From the NCBI RefSeq assembly GCF_018350175.1, contig NC_058369.1:17114001-17178000 (forward strand): a DNA stretch of 64,000 bases, in the 5' to 3' direction. This DNA comes from Felis catus. Its lineage: Eukaryota. The notes beneath the pieces were generated by a model. The model worked only from the letters and a program-made list of their open reading frames with translations. It did no database searches and was not told where the DNA came from. Numbering within the stretch: the stretch's first letter is position 1; each line of letters opens with the position of its first letter. Shown here piece after piece: positions 52,221 to 64,000 of the stretch. Both the position numbers and the translations under genes were made by a program.

Positions 52221-52559
52221 CAAGAAAATAAGAGTTAATGCGTGGATTATTACTATTACAATGACTAGAATAGAAATGACTATTATAATAAGAGCCATGA
52301 ACACGGTTTCCAGCCTTCCTAAATGACACGACCAAAGTTCAACCGTACTCCTCACGCGCCTCTCTCAATTGTCTCAAACCACAAGGTAACTGGATTCTGG
52401 GGTCTCCTCAAACACCACTGTCTCATAGCCATGGATATCTTAATAGGATGACAAGAAAGAAAGATCCTCATTCTGTATTTCCTTGAAACATAGTTATGGA
52501 AAAGAGCTGAGAAATGCTATTAAGTTACACAAGAATGTTTTTAAAAAGGGATCTTTCAC

Positions 52560-52635
52560 CTTCCATGGCTTTTCCGGAATTGGGGGATCTTCAACTTCTG
52601 CATCAACATCATTACTATGGACCCAAGTATCATAG
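52560..52635 (-). CDS. SMARCC1: SMARCC1 exon 8 (YDTWVHSNDVDAEVEDPPIPEKPWK)
   Basis: tttgtAG acceptor, AAG|GTGAAA donor, 76 nt. Confidence 0.96.
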
Positions 52636-52819
52636 CTACAAAGGAAATGAGAAAAGGGAAAAACAGATTAGAATTCAGATTCATTCACTAAAAAGACTTT
52701 TCATCAAAAGGTAAAAATATATTTTAGAAATACTATTAGGATCTAGTAACATAATATTTCATACATTTTTGTTTCTGCTACTCTGACAAAAAAACTCTTC
52801 TGTAGAGGTCTGTAGTGAT

Positions 52820-53770
52820 CCTGACACTGTTAAATCCAAAGTTCAAGCCTCAGTGCACAGAATTTTAATGGGTAGATTACTCTCTCCTCAAAGCCACTTC
52901 CCTCACTTGGCCTCTAAGACAGCAGTATCCTCCAATGTTCCTTCTAGTCACCAGCCTCTCCTCAGTCTTCATTGCCAGTTTCTCCTCTTCTCCCAAACCT
53001 CTTCAACACTGGAAAGTCCTAAGTTTCAGTTTTTGAAACAATCCCTTTCTTGTCTATTCATTCTCTTCATCTCACACAACACTATGGCTTCAACTATATA
53101 CTCATCTGCCCTTTTCTCTACATGCCAGACTCATGAATCCAACTGCCAATTCTGTATCTACCTACATGTTTATTAAGGCTTTCAAAACTAACACTGAATT
53201 TAAACACATAATGCCATCCTGACCTCAATAACGTGCCCTAGGCAATCATCTCCATCTCAGTAAATGCCAACTCTATCTTTCCAGTTGTTCTGGCCAAAAG
53301 CCTTGGAGACATCCCTGACTTCACTCTCAATCACCTCCTATAATCCAACCATCAGCAACTTCTATAGTTTGTTCCACTTTCAAAATATGCCCAGTATCTA
53401 TCTACTTCTCAACCTTCTACTTCTGCCCAAAGCCCGAGTCAATTTTTCATAAAGCAGCCACAGTGATCCTTTTGAAAATCAAGTCAGTCCACATTATCAC
53501 TACTCAAAATGTTCCAACAACTCCCACACAACTCAAAGTAAGAGCCAAAATCCTTACTGGATTGCCAAGGCCTCATGATCTAGTCCTGTGACTGTCACTC
53601 TGAGTCCATCTCCTAATACTCTCCCCTCACTCATGTTATAGTCAAGGCATGTGGGCGTTTGTTGGGTTCTTTAAACATGCCAGGCAGTGGCCACTTCAAG
53701 CCCTTTACAGAGGCTCCTCACTACCCAGGAATCATATGGCTCACCCTCCTATCTTCACATCTCTTTGCTC
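52820..53770 (+). mobile_element. L2 (L2a-like) fragment
   Basis: ccatctcagtaaatg, aaaagccttggagacatccctgact, cagccacagtgatccttttgaaa, aaagtaagagccaaaatcctta. Confidence 0.8.
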
Positions 53771-54178
53771 AACGGGTTCGCTCTTTCAAGTACTCCTCCT
53801 GCTCCTCCACAATTTTGAAATGAGCATAGAATTATCTACCAAACTGAAACTGTGTCAATGCTACTATACTAGCCAACAAATTAACTGTAAAACCAAGAGA
53901 TACCTAAATGAAACACAAGTATGGTAACAAGCATGGGCTTCCTGTAGCTACTACTCAGAAGTTATTCAAAAGCGTCCGGAACAAGCACAGCTCTACATAC
54001 CTATTCACAGCACTCAGGTAAGTTTCCCAGTAATACTTAAAACATGAGTTGGAGAAAAAAGTTCCTTTACCAAGTTATGAATTATACCAGGTAAAGATTA
54101 CAATGATGAGTCTGATAACCTTACATTCTCTCAAAGTCTTGAGTTCAAAACATTATAAAGATAGAAAGGCACAAACTC

Positions 54179-54652
54179 GAGCAATCCCCCCTTTCTAGGG
54201 TCCCCCATTCCACACTTTCAGTTATCCAGTCAAACATGGTTGAAGACAGATGGTCCTCCTCCTGACCTTTCATCAGAAGGTCGACAGCAGCCTAAGACAA
54301 CACCACAGTGCCTGTGTCACTCACCTCACTTCAACTCATCACGAAGGCATTTTATCATCTCACATCATCACAAGAAGGGTGAATACAGTACAATAAGGTA
54401 TTCTGACAGAAGAGAGACCACACTCACGTAACTTCTATCACAGTATATTGTTACAATCATTCTATTTTGTCATTAGTTATTGGTGTTAATCTGTCACTGT
54501 GCCTAATTCATGAATTAAACTTTACCTTAGGTATGTACATATAGGAAAAAATATAGCATATGAAAAGTCTGGTACTATCCATGGTTTCAGGTATCCACTG
54601 GGAGCCTTAAAACAAATCCCCTGCAGATGAGGGTGTCAGGGGGACTGCTGTA
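54179..54652. mobile_element. MER44/Tigger7-like TcMar-Tigger MITE
   Basis: Degenerate TIRs (gcaatcccccc...gggggactgctg-ta); atcatctcacatcatcacaagaagggtga internal motif. Confidence 0.82.
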
Positions 54653-55149
54653 GAGTTAATAAAGAAAGTGAACAGTGAACAAGGCCCCTTGAGAAGACAA
54701 GACTCACACTAGATGCTTTATCTTACGTGATACATAAAGAAAAAGTTGGCAAACAGGCTAACATGTTTTTACTGTTATATATTTAACATCTCTTATTATT
54801 ATAAAATTTATTTTAACTGTATACTTACGAAGCTTGTCATCACAAATTCGAGTTTCCACCTAAATGTTTCAAAGGGCAAATTGATTTCCTATTAAGACTT
54901 CCTACACCCTTGGAAGGTTTAACAGTACCAAGGACTATTTGATGCCTCAAGACTAGAAATGTTTTATAGAAAGCATTTAAATATTAAAACCTGTTAGTTC
55001 ATTTAAAGTAATCAATTCTGGTTCAGAAGAGGCTGATTAGCAAATTGACTTAATCTTGTCCTAATCAACTCAACCTATACGAAAACTGTGCATATACTCC
55101 TCAAATTTTGAACGTATCTAAAAACATTATTTTCTTCTTCAAAAATACC

Positions 55150-55810
55150 TTTACAAGTAAAATAGAGAGACTCAAATAGATTAACTTAAAAAGAGTGCAT
55201 AACCAGACATAATGTGTCATTGTTTGATGATGAAAAATACAAACCTATCCAATAGTCTTATTCCTTCCATAAACTGAAATGGACTCTGATCAACTCTAGA
55301 TCTAACTACCAATTTAAAGGAGATACAGAGAAAGGAGAAACATGTTCAAAAACACCACAGTGATGCCATTAAAAAAAAAAAACAACAAAGCACAGTGTGG
55401 TAAACTTTACAGGACAAGGAACCTGGTTTCTTAAATAATACAATAATACAATGCCTGTGGTGGGAGTAGGGAAGACAGAGACAGAACCTAGAAACTGAAA
55501 AATGTGCTTACAAATATATCAATGAATCACAAAATGTGGCTGAATTCTACTTTCAACAAATATCAATCTATAAAGTAATCATATGTATCACTTATATGAC
55601 AACGACTGGATAGAGGACACTGTATTAAAGAATTCTGTTAAGTTTTTTTAGATTTGACAGTAATATTACTTTACCATTTTTTTTTAAATGAGGCCTTGTT
55701 TTTTTAGAAATACATATTGAAATATTTACTATTAAAATGTTATATTTGGGATTTGCTTCCAATAATATGAGAAGGCTAAAAGTGGATGGGGGTATAGGTG
55801 AAGGAAGACT
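55150..55810 (+). mobile_element. Old L1M 3' UTR fragment
   Basis: ctagatctaactaccaattta, tagaaatacatattgaaatattta, tgggatttgcttc. Confidence 0.6.
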
Positions 55811-56431
55811 GGTCTGACATCAAAAACCCACAATGGACAGACTCTCGTGAACTTCATGGAAGGTTATCCTTTATTCGGAAGCATCCTATGTAGGTGTAAT
55901 ACTAATTAAACAAGGACCACCATTTTCATTAACATCACTAACATCTAGTTCTTACAATACTCTTTATATTTGAAAACTGAAACACACTATGAGTTATGAT
56001 TATCTCAAAGTAATAATAACACTAGGGAAATAAATTTCTGCCAAGAAGAAAAAGTCTCCTCTTTAGACATAAAATAATTCATCCCTTATAGTATGGCATG
56101 AATATTTTTTTTGAAAAAATAAATAAAATAGTCATAAAATATTAGAGAGAAAAATTCATTTCTTGAAGGAAACAAATCTAGATTAGCATTCTAATACTGT
56201 GCTAAAGGGGTGCTTTGGCAAATGCAGCAACGTATCAGTTTATTAAGATAAATAAAGCCATGTGACTGAACTGAGTTCCATAAATAAGAAAAATCAGTAA
56301 TACTCAAAAAGTGAGATCAAGCAATGAAACAAAGTTGTCATTATTGAGAAAGTGAAACTACATGTAAATAAGTCTGGCTTGCATGGAGATTAAAAATCTT
56401 TGTCCCATATCTTAGGACATGTCGACATTAC

Positions 56432-56501
56432 CTGTCTGGGTAAAACCCCCAGTGCACTAACACCTGCTTATCTTTTCTCATCACCGGTCTCAACCATTCT
56501 T
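56432..56501 (-). CDS. SMARCC1: SMARCC1 exon 7 ([24 protein letters not shown]), chromodomain
   Basis: ccttttcAG acceptor, AG|GTAATG donor, 70 nt. Confidence 0.96.
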
Positions 56502-57402
56502 CTGAAAAGGAAAAAGAAAATACATTAGTCGGGCTGACAAAATAAATGAATAAATTATTATTTTAACTAAATTTCTACTTAGAATTTTTAGTTTGCTAGT
56601 AAGCAAACTCCAAAAAATTCTTCTCATAATTAAACATTGTGTCTATCATATTAAGGAGAAGTTTTTCAGCCATGTATTCAGAATTACTAGATTCTAGACC
56701 TATTATCCATTGCTCTTAGCAAATCCAATTGTCCACACAGTAAAATACTCTCCTCCTATCCACCTGCCAGTTTGTCTGCAATTCCATCTAAATCATGAAC
56801 ACTATATATTCTTTACTGCCATATTTTCCATGTAAAATCTCTCCTCCCTTTTTGTGTGAAGCTTTACAATTACTGTACATTTTTCAAGGTGTAAGTCATG
56901 CTTCATGTCCTTGATGGAAGTTTTACTACATGGTCTTCTTCCTCTATATTTACTGCCTCTGGCATCCTATAGTACTTCACACAGTGCTACACCAAAGCTT
57001 TTATCAATACTATTTTTACTATTTTTTAATGGCATCCTGTTAATTTAGTCCTTCCATCAACAATGTAAGCAGTATGATCACACTGGATATTTTTATTTTG
57101 AGCCTCCTTAGCAAAGATTGGTGCAAATTTATACAACAGGATGATTCTTACTGATTTTAATCATAGTTGGATTATATCTACATTTCAGCACTTGTGTGTC
57201 TGTTTCTTTGGTAGTCTAAATTTAGCTTAATAACCTGTTTCTATTGCTCAGAGGGAACTAGTCAAGTAAGCCCTTTGAAACCCAAGAAATAGCAAAATAG
57301 AACAACAAAGTGAAACCAGCTAAGTAAAAGGGGCTTTACGTTGCCAATTTCAACAAGAAATAGCCCCAGGTTCACTGACTAAAGGCATGAAAGACCACAT
57401 AC

Positions 57403-57405
<3 letters not shown>

Positions 57406-57447
<42 letters not shown>
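57406..57447 (+). repeat. (TG)17(CG)4 alternating purine-pyrimidine tract
   Basis: Direct reading. Confidence 0.95.
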
Positions 57448-57448
<1 letters not shown>

Positions 57449-57739
57449 TTTATTTTAAGTAGGCTCCACACCCAATATGGGGCTCAAACTCACAACCCTG
57501 AGATCAAAAGCCAGCTGAGTGTCCAGTGCCTGTGTTCTTTTTCAAGCATCCAATTGCTCACCCGACTATCTTGAAAGAAATGTGAAAAGGAAGAAATCAA
57601 GCACTGTTCCTTAGCCTGATTTCTCAAAATGGCCAAGGAAAAAGTGAAGAGGTCAGTGGGTCTTTCATAACTCACTATGTAGTGACAAAATATACTGACT
57701 CTTAACTAATAAGAGCTGCCCTTTAGAATACTAAATCTA

Positions 57740-58158
57740 GGGGCGCCTGGGTGGCTCAGTCAGTTAAGCGTCTGACTTCGGCTCAGGTCATGATCTCACG
57801 GTCCATGAGTTTGAGCCCCGCGTCAGGCTCTGTGCTGACAGCTCAGAGCCTGGAGCCTGCTTCGGATTCTGTATCTCCCTCTCTCTCTGACCCTCCCCCG
57901 TTCATGCTCTGTCACTCTCGGTCTCAAAAATAAATAAACATTCGGGGCGCCTGGGTGGCGCAGTCGGTTAAGCGTCCGACTTCAGCCAGGTCACAATCTC
58001 GCGGTCCGTGAGTTCGAGCCCCGCGTTGGGCTCTGGGCTGATGGCTCAGAGCCTGGAGCCTGTTTCCGATTCTGTGTCTCCCTCTCTCTCTGCCCCTCCC
58101 CCATTCATGCTCTGTCTCTCTCTGTCCCAAAAATAAATAAACGTCGAAAAAAAAAAAT

Positions 58159-58195
<37 letters not shown>

Positions 58196-58217
58196 ACGTT
58201 AAAAAATTTTTAAAAAA
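57740..58217 (+). mobile_element. SINEC (57740-57942) with a young SINEC (57944-~58195) nested in its tail
   Basis: Outer TSD agaatactaaatcta at 57725-57739 and 58218-58232. Confidence 0.92.
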
Positions 58218-59026
58218 AGAATACTAAATCTATCTTCAAAGGTTGTGCAGCTTTTGTAGGTAAAGAAAAAAAAATCCTCCTTTTTACAAGTGACTTTGAC
58301 AGAAAGAAACTATGGCACTGATTGCCTTTGGAAGTTTGCCTGGTAGCAAAACTAACTAAAGGTTAAAGATGTAAATCCACATTCTTCCCAGAGATGATTA
58401 TAAGCTACACAGAACCAATAAAACAACCAGTTTTATGAGTAAAAATTAGTCCAAACTGAGGACAGATACATAACTCTCACAACTCAACAATAAAGACATA
58501 GTCTAACTAAAAAATAAGCAAAGGATTCTAATTTTTTACCTCTATACTTTTGCTTATTTTGCATTCTCTTCTAGGATGCCATACCCAAAATCTTACCAAA
58601 AGATTAAGGCCAATTAAATATCACATTTTATTTAAAATTTTGACTAATCCTCATTAAAGACATGTGGCATTTTTGAGGATTTTACAACACAGTTTCTAAT
58701 GTGTTTCTGGATGGTACTGCTATCATCTACACACTTACCTGAAACAAATACATGTAGGGAGCCCAGCACAGGGCTTTGCTAAGGGTCAACATTTACCTGA
58801 CAGTCCGTTACTCTAAGGTAAATCATACAGCGTGCACAATCCTGTCTTACTGATTATACTAGAGTAGAATATTATCAGTAGTTAGAGCAACTGTAGTGCT
58901 GTAACTACTGATAATATCAAGCAAGCATCATCAGTACGCAGTAAACTAGGTTGTATTAAACCAAGGAGAAAAATAAACCAGCACCAGTAAGGAATCACTA
59001 GTAGCTTGTATAACAATTACAGGTCA

Positions 59027-59260
59027 GGGGCGCCTGGGTGGCGCAGTCGGTTAAGCGTCCGACTTCAGCCAGGTCACGATCTCGCGGTCCGTGAGTTCGA
59101 GCCCCGCGTCAGGCTCTGGGCTGATGGCTCGGAGCCTGGAGCCTGTTTCCAATTCTGTGTCTCCCTCTCTCTGCCCCTCCCCCGTTCATGCTCTGTCTCT
59201 CTGTCCCAAAAATAAATAAACGTTAAAAAAAAAAAAATTTAAAAAACAAAAAAACAAAAA
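59027..59260 (+). mobile_element. Young SINEC (SINEC_Fc-like)
   Basis: CpG-intact body; TSD aacaattacaggtca. Confidence 0.93.
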
Positions 59261-60004
59261 AACAATTACAGGTCAAATCTTTTGTAAAAGGTGATTTTTT
59301 TCATAAAGTTCACATGCTAAAAGTTTTTTTTATCAGTCTTATTGGAGAAACAGAGCCTGCAACAGAATCAGTATTCTTATACCACAGCAATCCACTACCC
59401 CCATCTAGTGGAGATCAGTGGCTATTACCTAACAGGATAAAGGCTGAGAACCTGTTCAACAATGAAGGATGAAGTTTCTCACTTTATAAAAGCACAACAA
59501 TCACAGGGCTGAGATTCTGACTGTAACAAATAAAATCAAACTTTTAGTTATCACACTGATGATATAAAGACCTAAATGTAACAGCAAAACTAAAGTCTCA
59601 GAAGAGGAGACAGGTTGTAAAACTTCAGGGCTCTGGATGAGGCAATGGTTTCTTAGATTTGACACCAAACACAGAAGCAACAAAGCAACCAAACAAACCT
59701 AACCTCCTGTAATTGTTTTCAATACCTGTAGGATCCGTAGCAATGTCTCCCTTCCATTCTCTACTTTGTTTTCTTTTTTCCCCTGCTTATTTGCAGAACA
59801 ACTGCAATAGCCTCATTGATCTTTACTGAGAGCCATTTCTGACACTGCTGAGCACGCCTTGCTGTTTATTTTCCACATCATTAAGTTTTGTCTGTAATTA
59901 TTTCCTTCTTTCTTTAGGTTAATTTACTATTATTTTTCCAATTTCATAAGAAAGATGTGTGCACCACCGATTTTTCAGTCTTTCTTTCCTAATATACAAC
60001 TTTT

Positions 60005-60662
60005 AAAAAATGTTTATTTACTGGGGCACCTGGGTGGCTCAGATGGTTGAGCCTCCAACTTTGGCTCAGGTCATAACCCCACAGTTTGAGTTCAAGTCCC
60101 ACATCAGGCTTACTGCTGTCAGCGCAAAGCCCACCTCGGATCCTCTGTCCCCCTCTCTCTGCCCCTCTCTTGCTTGTGCTCTCCCAAATATAAATAAATA
60201 TATTTTTTTAATGTTTACTTGAGAGAGAGAGAGAGAGAGCGCACAAGAGCACAAGATGGGGAAGGGCAGAGAGAGGGGGGGAGAGAGAGAATCCCAAGCA
60301 GGCTCCACTCTATCAACGCAGAGCCCGATCTCGCAAACTGTGAGATGATGTATGACCTAAGCCAAAAATCAAAAGGTGGATGCTTAAAGGACGCCTGAGT
60401 GGCTCAGTCAGTTAAGCGTCCAACTTTGGCTCAGGTTAGGATCTCACAGCCTGTGGGTTCAATCCCCCGCAATGGGCTCTGTGCTGACAGCTTAGAGCCT
60501 GGAGCCTGCTTTGGATTCTGTGTCTCCCTCTCTCTGCCCTCCTCCCCGGCTTGTACTTTGTCTTTCTCTCTTCTCAAAAATAAACAAACATTAAAATTAA
60601 TTAATTAATTTTAAAAAAAGAGAGAGAGAGAGATGCTTAAAAGACTGAGCCACCCAGGTGCC
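60005..60662. mobile_element. Minus-strand SINEC interrupted by two plus-strand SINECs (60023-60200, 60389-60620), within old L1 sequence
   Basis: Host element resumes after the duplicated gatgcttaaa; aatgttta repeated around the first insert. Confidence 0.82.
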
Positions 60663-61569
60663 ATCCTAACATACACATTTAAAAACATATTTCTCTCTGG
60701 ACACAGCTTCAGCTGCATCCAACAGAATGTTCTTGCACTTTATTATTCATTTCATAATCATTTAATTCTGAAGATTTTCTACTTCCATTGTAATTTCTTC
60801 TTTGCCCCATGGATTACTTGGCAATGCGTTTCTTAATTTTCAAACATATAGGGATTGTCTGGTAATCTTTTTGTTCCTGACTTCTAGCACAATTGCACTG
60901 GTCAAGAAAAAGTACTGAGCATGGGGCAATTAGCAACTCAAACCTGACATAATTTGGCTTCTTATATAGATGTCCTACAGGGATAGGTTATATTAACCAG
61001 AAGACTTGAGCCCTATAAGAGATGGGTTTCTCAAATTAATGTGGTTAACTTATTAATTCATATTTTCTTTCTCAACAAATCAGTTTCCATAGCTCTATAG
61101 AACTCAGGCCACTAACAAAATCAACTTTCAGGATAGCAGAAGTAAAAGTTCAGAATCTGAACCGTTTTACATTCACCAAACTAAAATATAGTAGGCCTTG
61201 TTCAGACAGCCACTAAGCCCATCTTCCCCAGAGATGTTCTTTCATTTTGCAATGTCTCTTAATTTTGAGAACAGAAGCAACATAGCAAACATTAACAAAG
61301 TTAATACATAAAGCATGTCTAAACTTAACACCCAGATAATATAACCGACAAAGAAATAAATAAAAGTCCAATGATTAGAAAGTTGGACATCACAGAATTA
61401 GTTTGCTTATTAGCCGATTCAGCAAAAACCAGAAAACTACATTTAAATAATCTGTATAAGTTACTTAGTACTGCAAGTCTCTTCTGCAAAACATGGGTTA
61501 TATCGTTTGAATAAATCTGATAAAATTTAAAATCTAGTGAAACGAGTTCACAACCAACAATGAACTTAC

Positions 61570-61639
61570 CATCCTCTTGAGAGGAAGGATATGGATAAAT
61601 GTGGTGGGAAGCCTTTGACTTCTCATCAGTAAATGTCCC
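61570..61639 (-). CDS. SMARCC1: SMARCC1 exon 6 (GTFTDEKSKASHHIYPYPSSQED)
   Basis: ttttccAG acceptor, G|GTAAGT donor, 70 nt. Confidence 0.96.
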
Positions 61640-61935
61640 CTGGAAAACGAATAAGCAACATAAGAGTAAAGCACATGGCTGCACATGGCTAACAAAGTAT
61701 GCAACGTCAGATGCAACCTGCCTGAGAATCTCCAAGACATTACTCTGTGTTTTAAGACTGTAATATTTTTATTATTTTCAGTCCAGGAAAAGGATAATTG
61801 TTAATAAAAACAAATAAAAACACATAAATTATCTACACAGTTTATACTGTATAGAAAAATCATGCAAGTGCCTCTGGGCTAATTCCCTATCTCTCTCTAG
61901 GTAATCTTACCAGGAGTATGAGTACTTCTAATTCT

Positions 61936-62151
61936 TTTTTTTTTTTCAATGTTTTTATTTATTTTTGGGACAGAGAGAGACAGAGCATGAACGGGGGAGG
62001 GGCAGAGAGAGAGGGAGACACAGAATTGGAAACAGGCTCCATGCTCCAAGCCATCAGCCCAGAGCCTGACGCGGGGCTCGAACTCATGGACCGCGAGATC
62101 GTGACCTGGCTGAAGTTGGACGCTTAACCGACTGCGCCACCCAGGCGCCCC
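61936..62151 (-). mobile_element. Young SINEC (SINEC_Fc-like)
   Basis: 17-bp TSD tgagtacttctaattct. Confidence 0.93.
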
Positions 62152-62647
62152 TGAGTACTTCTAATTCTAAAAGTCACTCCAAAGTCATCACAAATCCTAA
62201 GTTTTTTTGTGCTTCAGTGTCTTCTGTGACATACAGTGGTAATAATACGTATTTCACAAGATTTTGTTGCAATTTAGCAAAGACTGGTGACAGGTACTCA
62301 AACAATGGAGTTACTGATGCATTCTGAATGTCAGAACAAAAGATTAATCATCAGTATTCAATACTATCATTAGCTTAAGGTCTCTTCTGTAAGACTCTAT
62401 GAAACCAGGGAGATCTTTACATCTCTCTAGAGGTTATCCCTAGTGAACAATCATGAAGCCAACCAGATTTCTGAAGAAAAACGGCAACTGAATGTTCAGT
62501 ATCAACTGTAGGAAAATACGTAAGTTTCTTCCAGGATGAGCTGGTAGCAAGAAGAATATAGCTAATTCCAGCTTGAAGGCAATAGCCAACAGGCTAATTT
62601 GTTCCATTTTTGCCTTCTAACATTCCACATGTAATTAAACTACACTT

Positions 62648-63235
62648 GGGGCACCTGGATGGCTCAGCTGGTTAAGCATCTGACTTCAGCTCAGGTCATG
62701 ATTTCACAGCTTGTAAGTTCAAACCCTGCATCAGGCTCTCTGCTGTCAGAAGAGTCTACTTTGAATCCCCTGACCCCCTCTCTCTCTCTCTCTGCTACTC
62801 CCCGGCTCACTCGCGTGTTGCTTTCTCTCAATAATAAATAAAACTTTTAAATAAACTACATTTGACAGCCACTCCAATGAATAGTCCAGAAGAGAAGTGA
62901 AGATTAAGTGACTTGTTCTAAATCCTAATGTTAAGTGAGAAGAGCAACCAGACTTGAGACAGTAGGGTCAGTATATGTAAGGACCATAGTAAATCTCCAA
63001 ATGTAAACAATATTAGAAATCCTTACTTCAGGGGCGCCTGGGTGGCTCAGTCAGTTAAGCGTCTGACTTTAGGTCAGATCATGATCTCACAGCTTGTGAG
63101 TTCAAGCCTCCCATCGGGCTCTGTGCTGACAGCTCAGAGCCTGGAGCCTCCTTTGGATTCTCTGTCTCCCTCTCTCTCTGCTCCTCCCCTACTCATGGTC
63201 TCTCTCTCTCTCTCTCTCAAAAATTAATAAATATT
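62648..63235 (+). mobile_element. SINECs 62648-62850 and 63031-63235, with a MIR remnant between
   Basis: SINEC motifs; gattaagtgacttg MIR core. Confidence 0.85.
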
Positions 63236-64000
63236 AGAAAAACTGGAATAGACAATATGAACCAAGAGCCTTAAAAATGTTTAAAAATTTTTTAAAAAGA
63301 CATCCTTGATTTAGGAACTCAGAAGATATTTTACTAATTACTGAAACATAATTCCACTGGCAATCTTTCTTGTAGCAGAAAGAAGAAAGATTATTTCAGG
63401 AGGCTTCTCAACTAACCCTAAGGATTAGTAACACTTTGTCACTCAAATGTTGTTTTGGAAACAGCATCTGGTTGTCCTCAGCTAGCTTACCATGATAAGG
63501 GTTTGCTTACAGTTCAGCCATGTGTAGTCACAAACCTACATGCAGTAAATACCCTAGGTCTCAACCTAACATGAGGCTCAAGGAGGGAGAGAAAGATGTC
63601 CGAAGATAGCACTGGTACGTGTGAATCAAAACAAAGTAAGCTTATGAGGAAAACAGAATTTTCCAGTTTGCATATACAAATACAACACATATCAAAGGGG
63701 CAGGCAATGAGGGAAGACAGGTTTACTGGAAACAATATTTGATATCCTACCAACAACTGTGTCATCAACTCCTACTCTGTTTGTGATTCAGACCACAGTC
63801 TCTTTAAATTACATAAGCACATTTCACAATAAGACTATAATAACTCCATACCAATGACTATTAAATGCTAATCTTAGATATACATGTGCATCAAATCACC
63901 ACATGGTACACCTTAAACTTCCACAATGTTATGTGTCAACTGTACCTCAATAATGTTAAATAGGAAAATGCTAGTCTAGGCTAAGAATTAGAGGTGAGTG

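Overview
Mammalian (felid, probably Felis or a close relative) genomic DNA lying entirely inside the SMARCC1 gene (BAF155, SWI/SNF core subunit) on the minus strand. Sixteen consecutive coding exons (human-equivalent exons 6-21, 1744 nt, roughly aa 193-774) splice by hand into one open frame, all with GT-AG introns and matching phases. They cover the chromodomain/BRCT region, the acidic/basic linker, SWIRM, SANT and the post-SANT region. The gene start and end lie outside the window. The introns hold about 65-70 carnivore tRNA-derived SINEC elements (several young copies with perfect TSDs, plus nested, dimeric and inverted arrangements), L1/L2/MIR/CR1 remnants, MaLR LTRs, DNA transposon relics (MER20, Charlie1-like, MER58, MER44/Tigger7-like), microsatellites and a 3'-truncated 7SL retropseudogene. 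Most ORF-track entries are SINE or repeat artefacts. I found no convincing novel biological system; the best leads are candidate NMD (poison) exons, the tailless 7SL copy and closely spaced inverted SINE pairs. Exon numbering and repeat family names come from recalled sequences, not database searches. Repeat boundaries are approximate.
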